Shown here in pieces: positions 25,145-38,094 of a DNA stretch of 64,000 nt; position 1 is the stretch's first letter, and the number at the start of each line of letters is the position of its first letter. This stretch comes from Laetmonice hystrix (lineage: Eukaryota): assembly GCA_965235115.1 (NCBI GenBank), contig OZ249436.1:29824001-29888000 (forward strand). Reading direction: 5' to 3'. Under the pieces are notes generated by a model. It did not search any database and was not told where the DNA came from. It saw only the letters and a list, made by a program, of their open reading frames with translations. A program made the translations under genes and the position numbers.

Positions 25145-25527
25145 GGGCTGGGCAGTCTCGTGTCCTGGATATGCAAATGACGTAAAATAGCCTCAAACCA
25201 CTTGCGCTTTGGGGACAAACAATGTGACGTCACAAATTGCCCATAGGTTTAACATAGGCTCAATAACAACAATTTCTAAAATCAGGTTGTAGTGTAAAAA
25301 ATTAAACTTCTTACATGTAAAATGTACCTTTTAATTCAGTAAACTTGTTAGTTAATCATATTTGTAAAGCTCAAGACTCAAAGTGCTCTCATTGGGGAGC
25401 AAAAATATTTTGAAGTTGACAGTCGCTGGTCCCTATGGGCGTAGCAATGCTAAGCTGACGAGACTACCCTCTGTTTATTCCCATTCTCGCATGTTTGCCT
25501 ATCTAGGACACGAGAACTGGCCAGCCC
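25145..25527. mobile_element. MITE with GGG...CCC ends (duplicate at ~55269-55651; relative at 30055-30449)
   Basis: TIR gggctgggcagtctcgtgtcctggata / tatctaggacacgagaactggccagccc, TA-flanked. Shares internal tatgcaaatgacgt and tgtgacgtca...cccatagg blocks with the 30055 element. Confidence 0.75.
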
Positions 25528-26166
25528 TATTAATAATTGGCGATTTCTTTTTTTTTACAAAATACCAGCCAAAGGTACATGAACATGTAGGGGACCTTTG
25601 GGGCATATTGGAGAACCGCTTTGCAGACATATTTTTGCTAAAACATGACGTATTATTTGAAATTCGTGACATATTACCTTTAAACCATCTCCCAATGGGG
25701 GAGTCTCAGAACTAATCCGACAAGTGGCGCTGTCAGGAACTACGCCATGCAGTAGGCCTGGCTAGGCTTGGCTCAGCCTGGCTGGAGGCTCTGCTGAACC
25801 ACACGTTAGCTTATCACAGATTGTGAGCATAGTAGCAACCATTAACAGAAGAAGCATCACGACATCGAGACATAGAAGATTGTCCTAAGTCTGAATAGAC
25901 GAACTGAAGGTCTTTTAGCAGCCTAGACGTCTAGGCTATATTGCGGCACAATCAAATCACGTGGTCAAAACACTGTCCCTGCTCACTGCCGACAGTACCC
26001 TATGGGCGTAGACTAAAGATAATAGACAAGTCTTCAGTTCTGTACGAGGGGTATTTCATGAAATATCACATTTCAGATACCTACGCCACGTTAGGTGTTC
26101 ATTTGCATGTTATTCCAATAGTTACAAAAGTTGAAGTGACAGCTGGAACTCCGCCATTTTGAATGT

Positions 26167-26454
26167 CACTCGGAACACCGACGCTGCTTCTGATTGGTTC
26201 TGACAATAGGTCTAGCCTAGAACCGGTAACATTGATACAAATAATGGTTTTTAAAATTTTTGTCATCTTTTAAATTAGGTATCTTTTGATGTCGAAAACA
26301 AAAGAGACATAATGTCTGCACTTTTCACGATGTCTGAATATTACAAACGACCCGAAAGAAGTGTAATCGTGGCTTGATGGCAGCCACCCTATCCTTTACA
26401 ATAGCAACCTCGTTTTTGGATGGCTTAGTTGGTGGAAGCGCCACCTTCCGAGTG
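26167..26454. mobile_element. Small MITE with CACTCGGAA termini (duplicate ~56291-56584)
   Basis: cactcggaa...ttccgagtg. The first 31 bp are identical to the left end of the 26588 element. Confidence 0.55.
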
Positions 26455-26587
26455 TTTTGGCGTACCCTATTAACAGAAATGCCATGTTTCACCAACGAGA
26501 CTAGACTATAGACTCGATCGTTGGTTTCGACGAATAGGGCCTAGGTGGCCATGTTGGGGGTGGAGTGGGGTGCGATGGGGGTGGGGG

Positions 26588-27471
26588 CACTCGGAACACC
26601 GACGCTGCTTCTGATTGGCTGTTTCTAGGTCATATCCAGAGGCAAAGCAAGCCTCGGATGTATGAAGCCGCCATTTCCCCACAATTTGCGCAAACCCCAG
26701 TGAAGCGGCATCGCGCATGAACACAGAGTAAATAGTCGACCCCTACGCACAGGCACATAGGCCTAGTTCAAAATAGGCCTATAATTTCTCAGCAATACTA
26801 TCCTTCTCGAAATTTCTATCGTGGAGCCAAAGCAGTCTCTTCTTTACCTGGGAGGAAAACCAGATATATTCTGACTCTGTAAAGTCCGACACAGGGGAGT
26901 TCTACACTTTCGGCACGGCGGCAGCGCGCGAGTTTGTTGTTTACATCCGGGTCAGTGGTCCCGACCTAGCCACCCACCCACCCCACCCCCCCAGCATGGC
27001 GACCTTCGTCGTACAGCCGAGATATGACGCGAGTCAATCGTGGGTGAGCCGAGTGGGGGTGGGGGTGGCAAGGTCGGGATCTGTGGCCCTGGATGTAGAC
27101 AACCGCCAACTGAAAGTCCTATACGGTGACGCCGTGCCGAAAATGGAACACTTTCCACTTAATTAGCCTGTGTCGGAATTTACAGAGTTAGAATATCTGG
27201 TTTGCTCGCAGGTAAAGGAGGGACTGCTTTGCCTCTACGGTAAAATTTCGAGAAGGATAGGTAAGTTGAGAAATTAGATTAGAACTAGCCTATGTGCCTG
27301 TGTGTAGGGGGGAAATTCGACTGTTAATTTACTGCTCATCGCTACATCCGCGATGCCGCTTTACGACTTTGCAGAAATCCTGGAGAAATGGCCACTTCAT
27401 ACATCCGAGGCCTGCTTTGCCTCCGGATACGACCTAGAAACAGCCAATCAGAAGCAGTGGTGTGCTGAGTG
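26588..27471. mobile_element. Foldback-type MITE with ~310-bp imperfect TIRs (duplicate 56718-57604)
   Basis: 26588-~26895 is the reverse complement of ~27167-27471, e.g. gcttctgattggctgtttctaggtc / gacctagaaacagccaatcagaagc. Confidence 0.85.
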
Positions 27472-27634
27472 AGCCAGACCAGCCAGCAAAGATACAGCCT
27501 TGATCATCACGCCCTCTGTTGGCAGAGAGACGGCGTCCCAGTCTGGCAAAGATGCAACTCATGCTGTCTCCTCGATAGATGGCGTGCCTGTGTACAAAAC
27601 AGTCTGCGTGGCAGACGGGACCACTGAGAGAGGT

Positions 27635-28270
27635 CATTCGGAAAACCTCGGCCCAACTTCCGGTCGCTTCGCTAGTTGTGGACTCGGACGTCGCAAGCCG
27701 TAGAGATATGACAGTGATTCCACGGGTTTGGGTACATCACAACTCGCGTAGTGCGCAACGCCGCAAAGTAGTTCATAGAATGTCGGTGTTCGGCCTAACT
27801 TGAGATTGTTCATCAGGAAAGATGGATAATTTCCGAAGATTTGCATTCTCGATCGTTCTTAGCAGCCGCGACACATTCAGTTTTGCAGTATTTATGAAAT
27901 CATACGACTTTACTAGCTTGTATCAACATAAGGAATGACGTCATACACCCAAAGGAATCCCAAGTGAGACAGCTCGTCCGTGGTACAAACGTAGACCTCC
28001 GTGTGACGATAAACAATGCTAATAGGAATGTCAACATCTAAAAAAGTATCTATAGAGACCTAAATAGATTTTCTCTGACGTCTAATCCACTTGTCAGAGG
28101 TATCAAGCGGAGATCTGTTTTTAAACAAGCCAGACACTGCTTGTCTTTCGCCTTTGTCGGTGTGTCTGCCGTCGCCGTTTTGACCACGTTGTGTCACGTG
28201 ATCCAACATGGTGACGACTGTGCGAGGGCCGAGAGGATCTGGCCCGGACAGTCCCGAGGTGGGCCGAATG
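27635..28270. mobile_element. 636-bp non-autonomous DNA transposon with 10-bp TSD, present only in copy A
   Basis: TIR cattcggaaaacctcgg / ccgaggtgggccgaatg (14/17). TSD TGAGAGAGGT at 27625-27634 and 28271-28280. Empty site at ~57758-57767. Confidence 0.9.
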
Positions 28271-29490
28271 TGAGAGAGGTGTGTCAGCATGTGACCAGAA
28301 TAGACGGCTCCGATTGGCAACTCTCTCGTCGGGAAGTCTGACCTCACTGAGCGAAGGACGGTCGACGGTGTTGTGTTGAAAGAAACCGAAGTCCATTTTT
28401 GGCCTAGAAATCTTGCCTAATTCACTGTTTTCATTCATCGGTCCGAGACCAAACAGCAGCCATGACGAGCACGGGATCTGATACAGACTGTTTGAACAGG
28501 ACACGGTTGCTGCAAACCTGTTACTTGCCCCCACCCCCATAAAATAATTGCCATCAATATCATGATTTCCCCCCCCCCCCCAAAGAATAGATCTCCTCCA
28601 ACTTCATCAGAGAACGACGACATCTGCCTGTCTCATTCCAGGCGGCGGTATCATATTTCAAAATAACACCAACTGGGGGGCATTTTTTCACTCAATTCTT
28701 TAAATTTGCGTTGCTTGAAGAGGGGCGTGAATTCACCGGTGACGTTTCTGCGCATAACGAGTCTTGGCTCTTCTCCGATGAACCTTTCATATTTTACCTG
28801 TGCCATTTCAGGGGGGGGGGATCCCTGGTTTTGATAGTGGGGAGAGGGCACCTAAAAAGATTTTTTAGCGATTTGATTGTTAGCCGCTACTGTAGGCTAC
28901 TAATACATCTTCATCACTAAAAAGAAGGAAAATATAGGGGACTGACCCCCTGGCCCTCTGGACCCCCACTTATATGTTTGGCCGGCGACATGCAGAGACC
29001 GGAGGGCTTTTAGGCCTACATTCTTGGTCTAACCTTAGAAACTGCCTTAGGGACATTGACGCCATATCGTAATGGGTGCAGTTCTTGACAATCAAAATCT
29101 AAAATATAGACACTATACATGTAGGGTAGATTCAGGTTGACCGAGACAGCAGATTGACCGAGACACCTAAGCAAAGACGCCTTAAAGTGTAATAAGGATA
29201 AGGATACTTTTTTCTTTCGAAAGAGCATCGTTGAAACTTCTTGTAAATCATCCTCTGCAAGCTTTGTGAAAATAAAAAGCTTTTTATTAAATATACCCAC
29301 ATTTATATCTCCATATCCTATGACAGTCTTGGAATCTCACTAATCCTCGGCAATCTTCGGTAAACTCCGGTGTGTGACGTGTCAACATGTGTAGAGCCGC
29401 CATTATGACTGTGACCGTAGTAGGCTAAAGTCGGCCGTGTGTTGTTTTCGGGATATGCCTTACATGATCATCCTCAAATTCCATTGCCAT
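28271..29490 (-). pseudogene. Possible fossil Kolobok-like transposase C-terminus plus P2X7-ballast/KolX-like ORF (duplicate ~57760-58900)
   Basis: Across frameshifts on the minus strand: HIPK..RPTLAYYGHSHN, PSWC, VLVMAA, FLGQK, PSTVLRSVRSxFP...VYSGH, in the order expected for these domains. Heavily decayed. Confidence 0.3.
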
Positions 29491-29745
29491 GGAGGTAAAT
29501 CCAGGTGTCAAGGACAATGAGTGGAGTAAACGAGTAAATAGATGGCGGTGTGCCGCAATGTTGTGGTATAGAAAAGCATGGACAATCATGTGGGCGTGTA
29601 TCGTTGGCCAAACAGGACCGGTCTCCCGTCAGCCGGTCAGGCTCAGGCACAAAACTTGTGAACAGGACCATTAGGCTACTGGACCAAGGTCCAAGCAGTC
29701 TGTCCTAACATGTTAACCCAAGAGTAAACGACCAAGGCAAGCAGA

Positions 29746-31485
29746 AAACTAGATACGTTGTGGTGATACCACAATGGATCCCATCCCCGCGGTGTCCCGT
29801 CCAACATGTTAAGAGAAGCGATAACAATGGTGGTATCATGCACCCGTGACGACGTATAAGTCTTAGACGATGCAAATTATGTCATTATGACAAGTGAAAG
29901 AGCATATGTAACTTCCTATTAGCGTTTAATGGTAACTCTGGTTCTAACCTCAACCATTAACAAGTTATATCCCTGAGACAATATGGATGACATCGTTATG
30001 ACGTCATAGGTCACATGACCTGAAAAATAATGGTGCCAAATGAAAGAGCATATAGGGCGCCTAAGTCTCGTGACCTGGTTATGCAAATGACGTTAAATAG
30101 GCTCAAACCAGCTCGCGATAGCACCAAACGTGCGCCATGCGATTGTGACGTCAAAAAATTTCCCATAGGATTAGCATTGACAGGGCCGACAGGCTTACAA
30201 AAACCAGCCCGTATATTCACAATCTAACTTTCTAAACTATAAAACAAACTTTATCCCAGAGTAAACATGCCTGCCATCATGTATTGTAACGTTTAAATAT
30301 TAACAGCGACTTCACTGCAGAATGAAAATATTTTAAAGTTGACTGTCACTGTTCCCTATGGCCATCGCAATGTTAAACCAGCGAGGCTATCTGCTCCTTG
30401 TCCCGACAACGCGAAATCTCTTGAATTCTCGTGACATACTTAGGCGCCCTATATGACTTCCTATTAGTGTTTAATCGTAACTATGGCTCTAACTTTAACC
30501 ATTTACAAGTTATATCCCTGAGAAAGTGTGGTTGACATCGTTATGACGTCACAGGTCACGTGACCTGAAAAATAATGGTGCCAAATAAAAGAGCAAATAG
30601 GACTTCCTATTCGTCTTCAATAGTAACTATGGCCCTATCTGGCACTGTTTAGAAGTTATAGCCATAAATAGCTAAACTGACCACTGTTGAAGACTTCAAG
30701 GTCACGTGATTCAGCGAATATAGTTCAAATCGCTTATCCCTGGATGATTCTATTAAAGCAAATTTTACCAAAAAATGAAGAAGAAGAAGAAGAAGAAGAA
30801 GAAGAAGAAGAAGAAGAAGAAGAAGAAGCGATTTAACCAAATTGTAAGGTGAGGCCCAGTTCTCCCAAAGGTCAAAGGTCAAAGGTCCAATGAAGGCTCA
30901 ATTTTAAGTATGACCCATGCCTAATTATAGCACCATGATGGGTTTTGGAAATTCTCAATATGAGCTTAAAAAATGGCCTCAATGTACAAATCACGTACAT
31001 GACGTCATGACTGAATGTATGACCTGTCTTTGTCATGGTCAAGGTGTGTATTCATAAACAATTATGGCTCTGTCTCAAATCTTTCAAGAGTTACAGCCAG
31101 GAATCTTCCAAATGGCCTAACTTTAAAACTTGCAGGTCAAGTAGTTCAGCGAAAATAGGTCAAATCCTTAGAAATAATGGTGCCAAACGAAAGATCATAT
31201 CACTTCCTATTTGTGTACAATAATAAACATGGCCCTTTAACAGAAGCATCTTCGAGTTATAGCCATAGATACCTAAACTGGGCACTGTTCAAAATTTCAA
31301 TGTCACGTAACTCCGCGAAAATAGGTCAAATCGCTTATCCTTGGATAACTATTGAGAAGCTCTTGTCAGAGAGTCCTTCTGCCAAATATTGTCAAGTTTT
31401 ATCAAAAAATGAAGAAGAAGGAGGGTTGTAACCGATTTACGACCTAGGACCCAGTTCTCCTTAAGGTAGAAGGATGGGATAATAA
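29746..31485 (-). mobile_element. Non-autonomous Helentron (HINE/DINE-1-like), family 1; duplicate ~59150-60206
   Basis: Minus strand begins ttattatcccatcc, contains (TTC)n and tandem internal modules, and ends gatgggat + hairpin cattgtggtatcaccacaa + tctagtttt. Confidence 0.75.
30055..30449. mobile_element. MITE inside the HINE, copy A only
   Basis: TIR gggcgcctaagt / acttaggcgccc with TATA on both sides. The comparable HINE module at ~59690 has a single TATA at this position. Confidence 0.85.
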
Positions 31486-31607
31486 GAAATCAGCCAATCA
31501 AAAGCGTCAACATAAAAAAAGATGTTAAAAAAGAAGGCAAAGGCTTCTAAACCTCATTCAAAGACGAGACACCGTACAGTACACATAGTCAAGCAATTGT
31601 GAACACA

Positions 31608-32712
31608 ATGGCTGATCTTGGACATGATACAAGTGGATCTCTTTTTAGCTATGTAAAACATGACGATACAATTAGCGATATCAACTGGGTGGTATACAGA
31701 CCTGTGGGACAGCTGAATTCTGGAGGAGCAGTAGAATTTAACGTTTCTGGAAACAGTGCTCAGTACATCGATTTAAAGAATACCCGTTTGAGGGTCACCT
31801 TCAGAATCCTCCAAGGAAATGACCAGGGATTGCCATCACCAAACCCTACCGGTACCAACACTGAAACCCCTCCTCTGGCCAAGGTAGCACCGATTAACCT
31901 CATAGGTCAATCCCTCTGGAATCAGGTGTCGTTGAGCCTGCAACAAGTAAACGTGTCTACATCCATCGGAGCCATATACCTACAAGGCCTATTTTGACAC
32001 CCTACTCGGTTCAACTTACACGGGCTCCACATCCATACTCTAAAGTCAGCTGTTTGCCAAAGATACTTCATCAAACCCAGACCCTATCGACGGTACGAAT
32101 TCAGGCCTTATATTCTGGTGACGTATGTTTACGGACAAAAGCGGGCTGGTGACTGTGGAGGGTCCCCTTCATTTGGGAATCTGCCAACAATCGCGTTATC
32201 TTATTAACGGGTTCAAGCCAACTTCAAGTTCTGGCCGAATACCGACGCGTTTCGACTGATGAATCCGAATCACGATGCTGACTTTAAAGTGGACATTACT
32301 GATGCAGTGTTGAGAGTGCGACAAGTAGAGATGAACCCCCAAGTCATGATCGCCCATTCAGAAGCGTTACAGCAATCAAATGCAAAATACTTCTTTGAAC
32401 GGACTGAAATGAGTTCGTATGCCATTGCAAAGGGACAATACTCTGCTACTTTCGAAGACATGTTTCAGTCCTACGTCCCAAATAAGGTCGTTTTGGGTCT
32501 TGTGTGGAAAATACAATAAAAAAACCTTTATTTCGACCATTATGATTTGAACTTTGTGGGGCTGTACGTCAACGGAAAGGCCACGCCATTTGAACCCCTA
32601 ACTCTGAACTACAAAGAAAAAGACTACCTGCCGGCCTACATGACTCTGTTTGGGGACAACTACGAGAACGACTCTGGAAGTATCATAAACAGACTGGACT
32701 ATCCTAAAGGAT
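31608..32712 (+). pseudogene. Polinton/Maverick (adintovirus-like) double jelly-roll major capsid protein, disrupted
   Basis: YRPV..L...AVEFNVSGNSAQYIDLKNTRLRV, VAPINL..QSLWNQV, YKAYFDTLL, EGPLHL.I.QQ.RYLING, AVLRVRQVEMNPQVMIAHSEAL..SNAKY, VPNKVVLGLV, FDHYDLNFVGLYVNG, AYMTLF. Frameshifts, plus a stop at 32041. Confidence 0.9.
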
Positions 32713-33404
32713 CCTTTAGAGCAGGAGGATACCTTTATGGTAAGTGGACTTTCGATTCGATGTGTGTAAAGCAGCCTGTTTAAAGTAACCACATTAACAA
32801 ATGGCAACATCAACGGTTAGAAACTGACAGTGTCTTTTCTTCTGTAAGCCCCAGTCACATCTAGTCGTACGAATTTTGGATCGCACGATAGGCAGGGGTA
32901 ATCAGGGGGGGGGGATCGTGAGGTGTCGGGGGCCTGTCGTGGAATCGCTCTACGGTTATGAGATAGTGGTCACACACTAAAGATTAGTTTGCGACCTTGT
33001 CATTCGTAGCACAAATGCTCATAGATTTCTCGCAGGAATTATCCAGACAAAGCGTGCGATTACCTAAGATTACCTATGACTGTCAAGGAACAATCGTATG
33101 AAGGGTCAGGTTTACTTGTGCGATAGTCGTGGGAATAACTGTGCAATAGCAACTAGTCGCAGGACAAGTTGTGTGATGGTCTTGTGATGACTGTTCGAGT
33201 GTCACTAGCCACGATAAGGCACGACGTTCCTTCCAAACAGGAATGCTTTTACGTATTTCTTCCACCGATATCTTCTCCTATGACATAATTATCCTGTCCT
33301 TTAACGCTGCCGGGGTCAATTTGTCTCTCAGTGCACGGTAAACTTTCTCCTTCAGAGAGTTCCATATAGCATAATCCATGAACATGATGGTGATGGTCAG
33401 ATTG

Positions 33405-33827
33405 CACAGTTTTGATATCGGATTTTTTGACATGTTGTTTTGAATTTGACAATACTTGCATAATTTCCGTCCGATCTTTTAGATATTTTGCAGACTTGTT
33501 TATGATACACTAAAGTTATTGTGTGAAAAATTTCAATGAAATCGGTTTATCTGTTTGCAAGAAACGGCTTCCTTTAATCGTGAAGGAAGATGGAGGCCAC
33601 ATTGAGCATAAACTGAAATAAGGGTTTTCCTTTGATATTGGATTTTTTGACATGCTGTTTTGAATTTGACAATACTCGCATAAGTTCTGTCAGATCTTTT
33701 AGATATTTTACAGACTTGTTGATGATACCCTAAGGTTACTGTGTGAAAATTTTCAATGAAGTCGGTTTACCGATCACTGAGAAAATACTTGTCAAAAAGC
33801 GGTTCACTTTTTCTGGGACACCCGATA
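33405..33827. mobile_element. Tc1/mariner-like MITE fragment (right end only)
   Basis: Two ~140-bp direct repeats (~33411 and ~33631) and terminus gttcactttttctgggacacccga|ta, similar to the intronic MITE end. Confidence 0.5.
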
Positions 33828-33959
33828 TACCCATATTCCTAACTATGTAGTAAGTCAAAAAGTATGTCAAGACTGTGTTGATAGTCTGATTTGCAACAAA
33901 TGTAACTGTTGTGGGGATAGATGTTCTCGTGCAACAAGTGGAATTCAAAAGACAAATGT

Positions 33960-35822
33960 TATGCTACCCCTCCTTGTGAAGATTGTGGTGATAGACAGCG
34001 TGTATTTGAATTAGACAACATCGTAGGTCAGTTTTGTGAATATCTCTTTGATACTCAACACAATTTATATACAACTGTTTTGGCTCATAACCTTCGTATC
34101 GCGGTTATGACGGTTTCTTCATTCTTCAGTATTTCTTAGATCAATCTATGTTTCCTGATCACATTATATATTCAGGTTATATTAATTATGTACATGTCTG
34201 TAGGAGGTGGTCTGTCTATTCGCCTCATTGACACCTTAAATTTCTTCCCCGTCAAATTAGCTACTTTACCTAAAGCATTTGATTTGACGGAGTTGACGAA
34301 AGGGTGGTTCCCTCACTTTTTTAATACAGTAGACAACCAAAACTACAAATGTATATCGGCCCCTTTCCTGAACCTCGGTTTTATGGATGCGACATGATGT
34401 CGTGTGAGGAGCGCACACCTTCAATTTCAAAAAAGAAAGGAAAGCCTATTGTGTGTCTGATGTCACCATACTGAGAGAAGCCTGTATGCGTTTTCGTCAG
34501 TTGATGCTCAATGTCACGGGTAAAAAACGTGAAGAGGAGAATGAGGATCAGGAACCGGTAACAGTACTTTACGGCATTGATCCGTTCAGATACGTCACCA
34601 TCGCCAGTGTATGTATGGGAGTATTGAAAGGTAAATTCTTTTCTGAACATGTGGAGATTCAAGCTAAACATAAGAAAACTGGTGTCGAAAAGACATGCCG
34701 CAGGATTTGTAAGGAGGACAGTTGCGTGTATCTTTTGGACAATGTTGAATTAACATCTGAACAATTCGATGAGAATTGGGAATATGTTCTCGAATCCACC
34801 ATTTTAAAATCAAATATAGGTCAAGTCCCTACATCTGGCTATGGTGTCGATCAGTACAGTGCCGAATCCATCCGTTCGCTTGAATGGTTGAATCACCATC
34901 ACAACCTGTCGATTCAACATGCTTTAAACGGGAAAGAACACCGCATACCTGGGTCAAAATATAAATTGGACGGTTTTGACAGAGTGACGAACACGGCTTA
35001 TGAGTTTTATGGCTGCATATTTCATGGATGCCCACAATGTTTCCCCGACCGCCAAATGAAACACCCGCTCACTCGACAATCCTACGAGGAGCTATACACA
35101 CAGACTATGAAACGTGAGAGTGATTTGAAAGGTCGAGGATACAATGTGGTGTCCATCTGGGAATGTGATTTTCACCGTGAAATGAAAGAAAACTCGGTCT
35201 TGTCCGACTTTGTCAAAACTTTAGACATTCAGTCTCGTCTGAACCCGAGGGATTCCTTCTTTGGAGGCCTAACAGAGGCGACACGGTTAAGGTACAAAAC
35301 ACGTGACGAAGAACAAATTAAATATGTTGACTTTACGAGTTTATATCCGTATGTCAACAAGTACTGTGAATACCCTGTCGGTCACCCTGAAATTATTACA
35401 CAACCTGGAAATGATTTAAGTTCCTATTTCGGCATGGCCAAGATTAAAATCCTACCCCCACGGAACTTATACCATCCCGTCCTCCCTTATCGATCTGTTC
35501 AGACGATGACCGGTGTCTGTTGGGTACGTGGTGTACTCTGGAAATACAAAAAGGGGTTGAAAAAGGCTATGTCATTGTAAAAGCCTACGAGGTATATCAC
35601 TGGCATTATCATTCCATCGTAAAAAGTCCTGGCTTAAGATCCCTTACCAAGTTGTGCCTCAACTCGTTCTGGGGTAAGTTTGGGTAGCGTCTCAACATGC
35701 CCCAATCCGAGTTCATACACGCATCACAACCAGAACGTTTTTTTCCTTGTTATCAGATCCAACTGTGACTGTAATTGACTTCATGATTGTAAACGAAAAC
35801 GTAATCCATTTGAAATACGAAT
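33960..35822 (+). pseudogene. Polinton/Maverick protein-primed family B DNA polymerase with VSR-like nuclease insert, disrupted and truncated
   Basis: VLAHN..YDGFFILQY, IDTLNFFPVKLATLPKAF.L.EL.KGWFPHFFN, YC.SDVTILREAC, TIASVCM, IQHALNGKE..KLDG..AYEFYGCIFHGC..WECDF, LNPRDSFFGG, YVDFTSLYPYVN, KLCLNSFWGKFG. Frameshifts and deletions; no DTDS motif seen. Confidence 0.93.
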
Positions 35823-37116
35823 GGATATAATGGTCGTGTAAATCGGGCTATCCACATATAAGCGATTTTACCCCAAAACGACGATATAGCGTCAGTCGCC
35901 CTGGTGGATATTCGAAGCGCCAATGAAAGGATGCACTCTCCGCCGCAAGATGTCACTGCTGTCTGTCTGCTACGTGCAATGTCTCATGGGAGATTGGAAA
36001 GGATGGTCAAGACGTTTGAACGGTTGACCTTCAAACAAAGAAGTTTCAGTGGTCTATATCATGATATATGTTCTTGACACATGGCCCTATTATTTACCAT
36101 TGGGCCTTTCTGAAAATCAACGTGATCAAACGAAATTGTTTTTACATCTTATGTGACTTTTTAGACTTGTACCAAGTAGGCTGCCAATGCTTAATTTTTC
36201 AGTAGTCAGGCTGATAGATCCATTTCAATGTCAGATCGGCCTATATTTGATTATTGTGTTAAACTTCTGATACACTCGACTGTATACATTAAAGGGCCCT
36301 CACAAAAAAAATATGTCTCATTGGGGTTCTCCGATAATATCCTCTACCTTTCTGTGTGGTCTTGGCATAAATAAATAGCCTAAATTCTAAAATTCGCAAA
36401 TCTTATTTCAGCCTGAAAATAACCTACTTAGCTTCCGAGACCCCGGGAGTTGTTTTTCATATTCCTATGAATATTGACAGCTTTATTCTCGGGAAAATCA
36501 CAGCTTTTTTTTAAATTCTAGGACTTCATTCGTTGCGCACAGTTACCAAAGTTGTGCTCTGCACCACAACAACACAACGTTGAAACGGTGGCTTTCATTG
36601 CGTTTGCGTGCACTCGACTATATTGTAATTTGTTCCACCATTAGTGGGTTATTTCACAGCTTGTTAACTTGTTCTTATCTCTCTGTTCTTATCTCAAGGC
36701 GCTTTAATTTACCATTGGACCTTTCTGGGAATCAAAATTTAATGAAATTACGGTATCTAATGGGCCCTTATAGACCGATATTGCACACCCGCCACCTTGA
36801 TCATTGTCATTGCATGTTTCAGGTAACAATTACATTTGAATACCATCAAATGTGGAATTTCGATATAGATCTGGGCCTATTATGTTTGTTCTGGCATAGA
36901 TCTATTCGTAAATGCTCCCTCATTCATTCAACGACAGTTGCATCTGCTGTAGCAATGAAGGCCATGATCTTAGCTCTACAATGGTGTTACTTTGACTTGT
37001 ATAGATCCATATATTACTTAACCCTTTCATGGTCACTGTCCTCAATTGAGGACACCACTTCTTGCACAGCGTCCTCGGACACTTCATTAAACTGTGTTAA
37101 TTATACAAAATGAAAC

Positions 37117-37800
37117 AGCCACCCTTAAAAGTTGTTATTAAATAACAACTTGTAAGGGTGGCTAAATTTTAGTCAATAAACATCGCCTTGGTGGATAGCA
37201 GCATCGTGTCAGTGGTTTTATAGGCCTACGCAAAATCTAGCATCGTTGGGTATGAACGCTGACCAACCGACGTGGACCATCACGTGCGTTGACGTTCAAC
37301 GGGCGTCGGTTTTGCATCGTTTACACCAGAAATGCACGCTAATTTTTATGAATCGCGCCTGCAGTCAGTGCTGTAATCTGATTGGTGTACGGGGTACCGA
37401 ACTAGGTGGAAAACAGTTTTATCCATTCATCAAGGTGGGTGGGGGGGGGGGGTGCAGATCCACTTTCATTTTTTTTTGTATTGGCTGGGATCCCTGTTTA
37501 TTTGAAACTATATTTTTTTGCAAATGTGCCTTTTCAGAGTGCAGAGGATGGCTTATACATCCAGACAAAACAGCTGTTGCCAAATCTCCTCCTCTGGTTG
37601 TTGAAGGAGTGCCTGTGACAACAACAAACGAGTTGCTAAAATGCATCGAGTGGTACTTTTGTTCCACATTTGTGTTTAGTATAAAATATTATGAACGTCT
37701 GAGGAAAACGTGAAACTTCATACAAAATTTCTTCTTCGAGGTGAAAGATAAAGATGTTACAAAGTCCATGCGGACGCTATACCATTTTGCTTAAGAAGTA
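37117..37800 (+). pseudogene. Probable EnSpm/CACTA-type remnant: palindrome plus last exon of a SAMD3-like accessory ORF (~37538-37790)
   Basis: Palindrome agccacccttaaaagttgttatt-a-aataacaacttgtaagggtggct. After ttttcag: VVEGVPV...LLKCIEWYFCSTFVFSIKY...KT*NFIQNFFFEV, resembling the '..F..YVFN..YP......FIQ..F..I' pattern. Confidence 0.5.
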
Positions 37801-38094
37801 AATATCAAGGCATTCCTGCACAGACGATTGTGGGAAAGGGAATAATTGGTTACCATGATTTTATGATTAATCGATACTGTAGAAGGACCTGTTCCAAGTT
37901 GTGAAAATGGTTTGATATTTCAAACTAAGGTGACTAAGGTCAATTTGACTGGGGGTTACAATGATTGTAGTCATAAAAGATTAGTAATAAAAGCCTTAGA
38001 AAGTTCGGAGAAAAAGGCACAGTCATGCTGACCAAGCTCAGATTAGAACACCAGTCGTTTTGACTAACTTTCTACCTCAGCATTTCTTTCTGTG

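Larger units (their letters stand above)
2211..31059 (+). repeat. Segmental duplication, copy A (partner 48844-60206)
   Basis: 2211-3640 plus 20485-31059 align colinearly and near-identically with 48844-60206. Many ORF-track peptides appear twice, e.g. 23945 vs 54072 and 25941 vs 56065. Confidence 0.95.

Noticed and set aside
24180..26162. Short ORFs conserved between the two copies
   Set aside because: Identity reflects the recent duplication, and several overlap MITEs.
30649..30882. Poly-Leu or poly-Ser ORFs (also 39071, 47306, 47322, 59752) and the hydrophobic ORF at 5218
   Set aside because: These are translations of (GAA/TTC)n microsatellites or AAT/AAC low-complexity DNA.
36580..37113. 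177-aa ORF
   Set aside because: Non-ATG start, no recognisable motif or splice context; probably a chance ORF.
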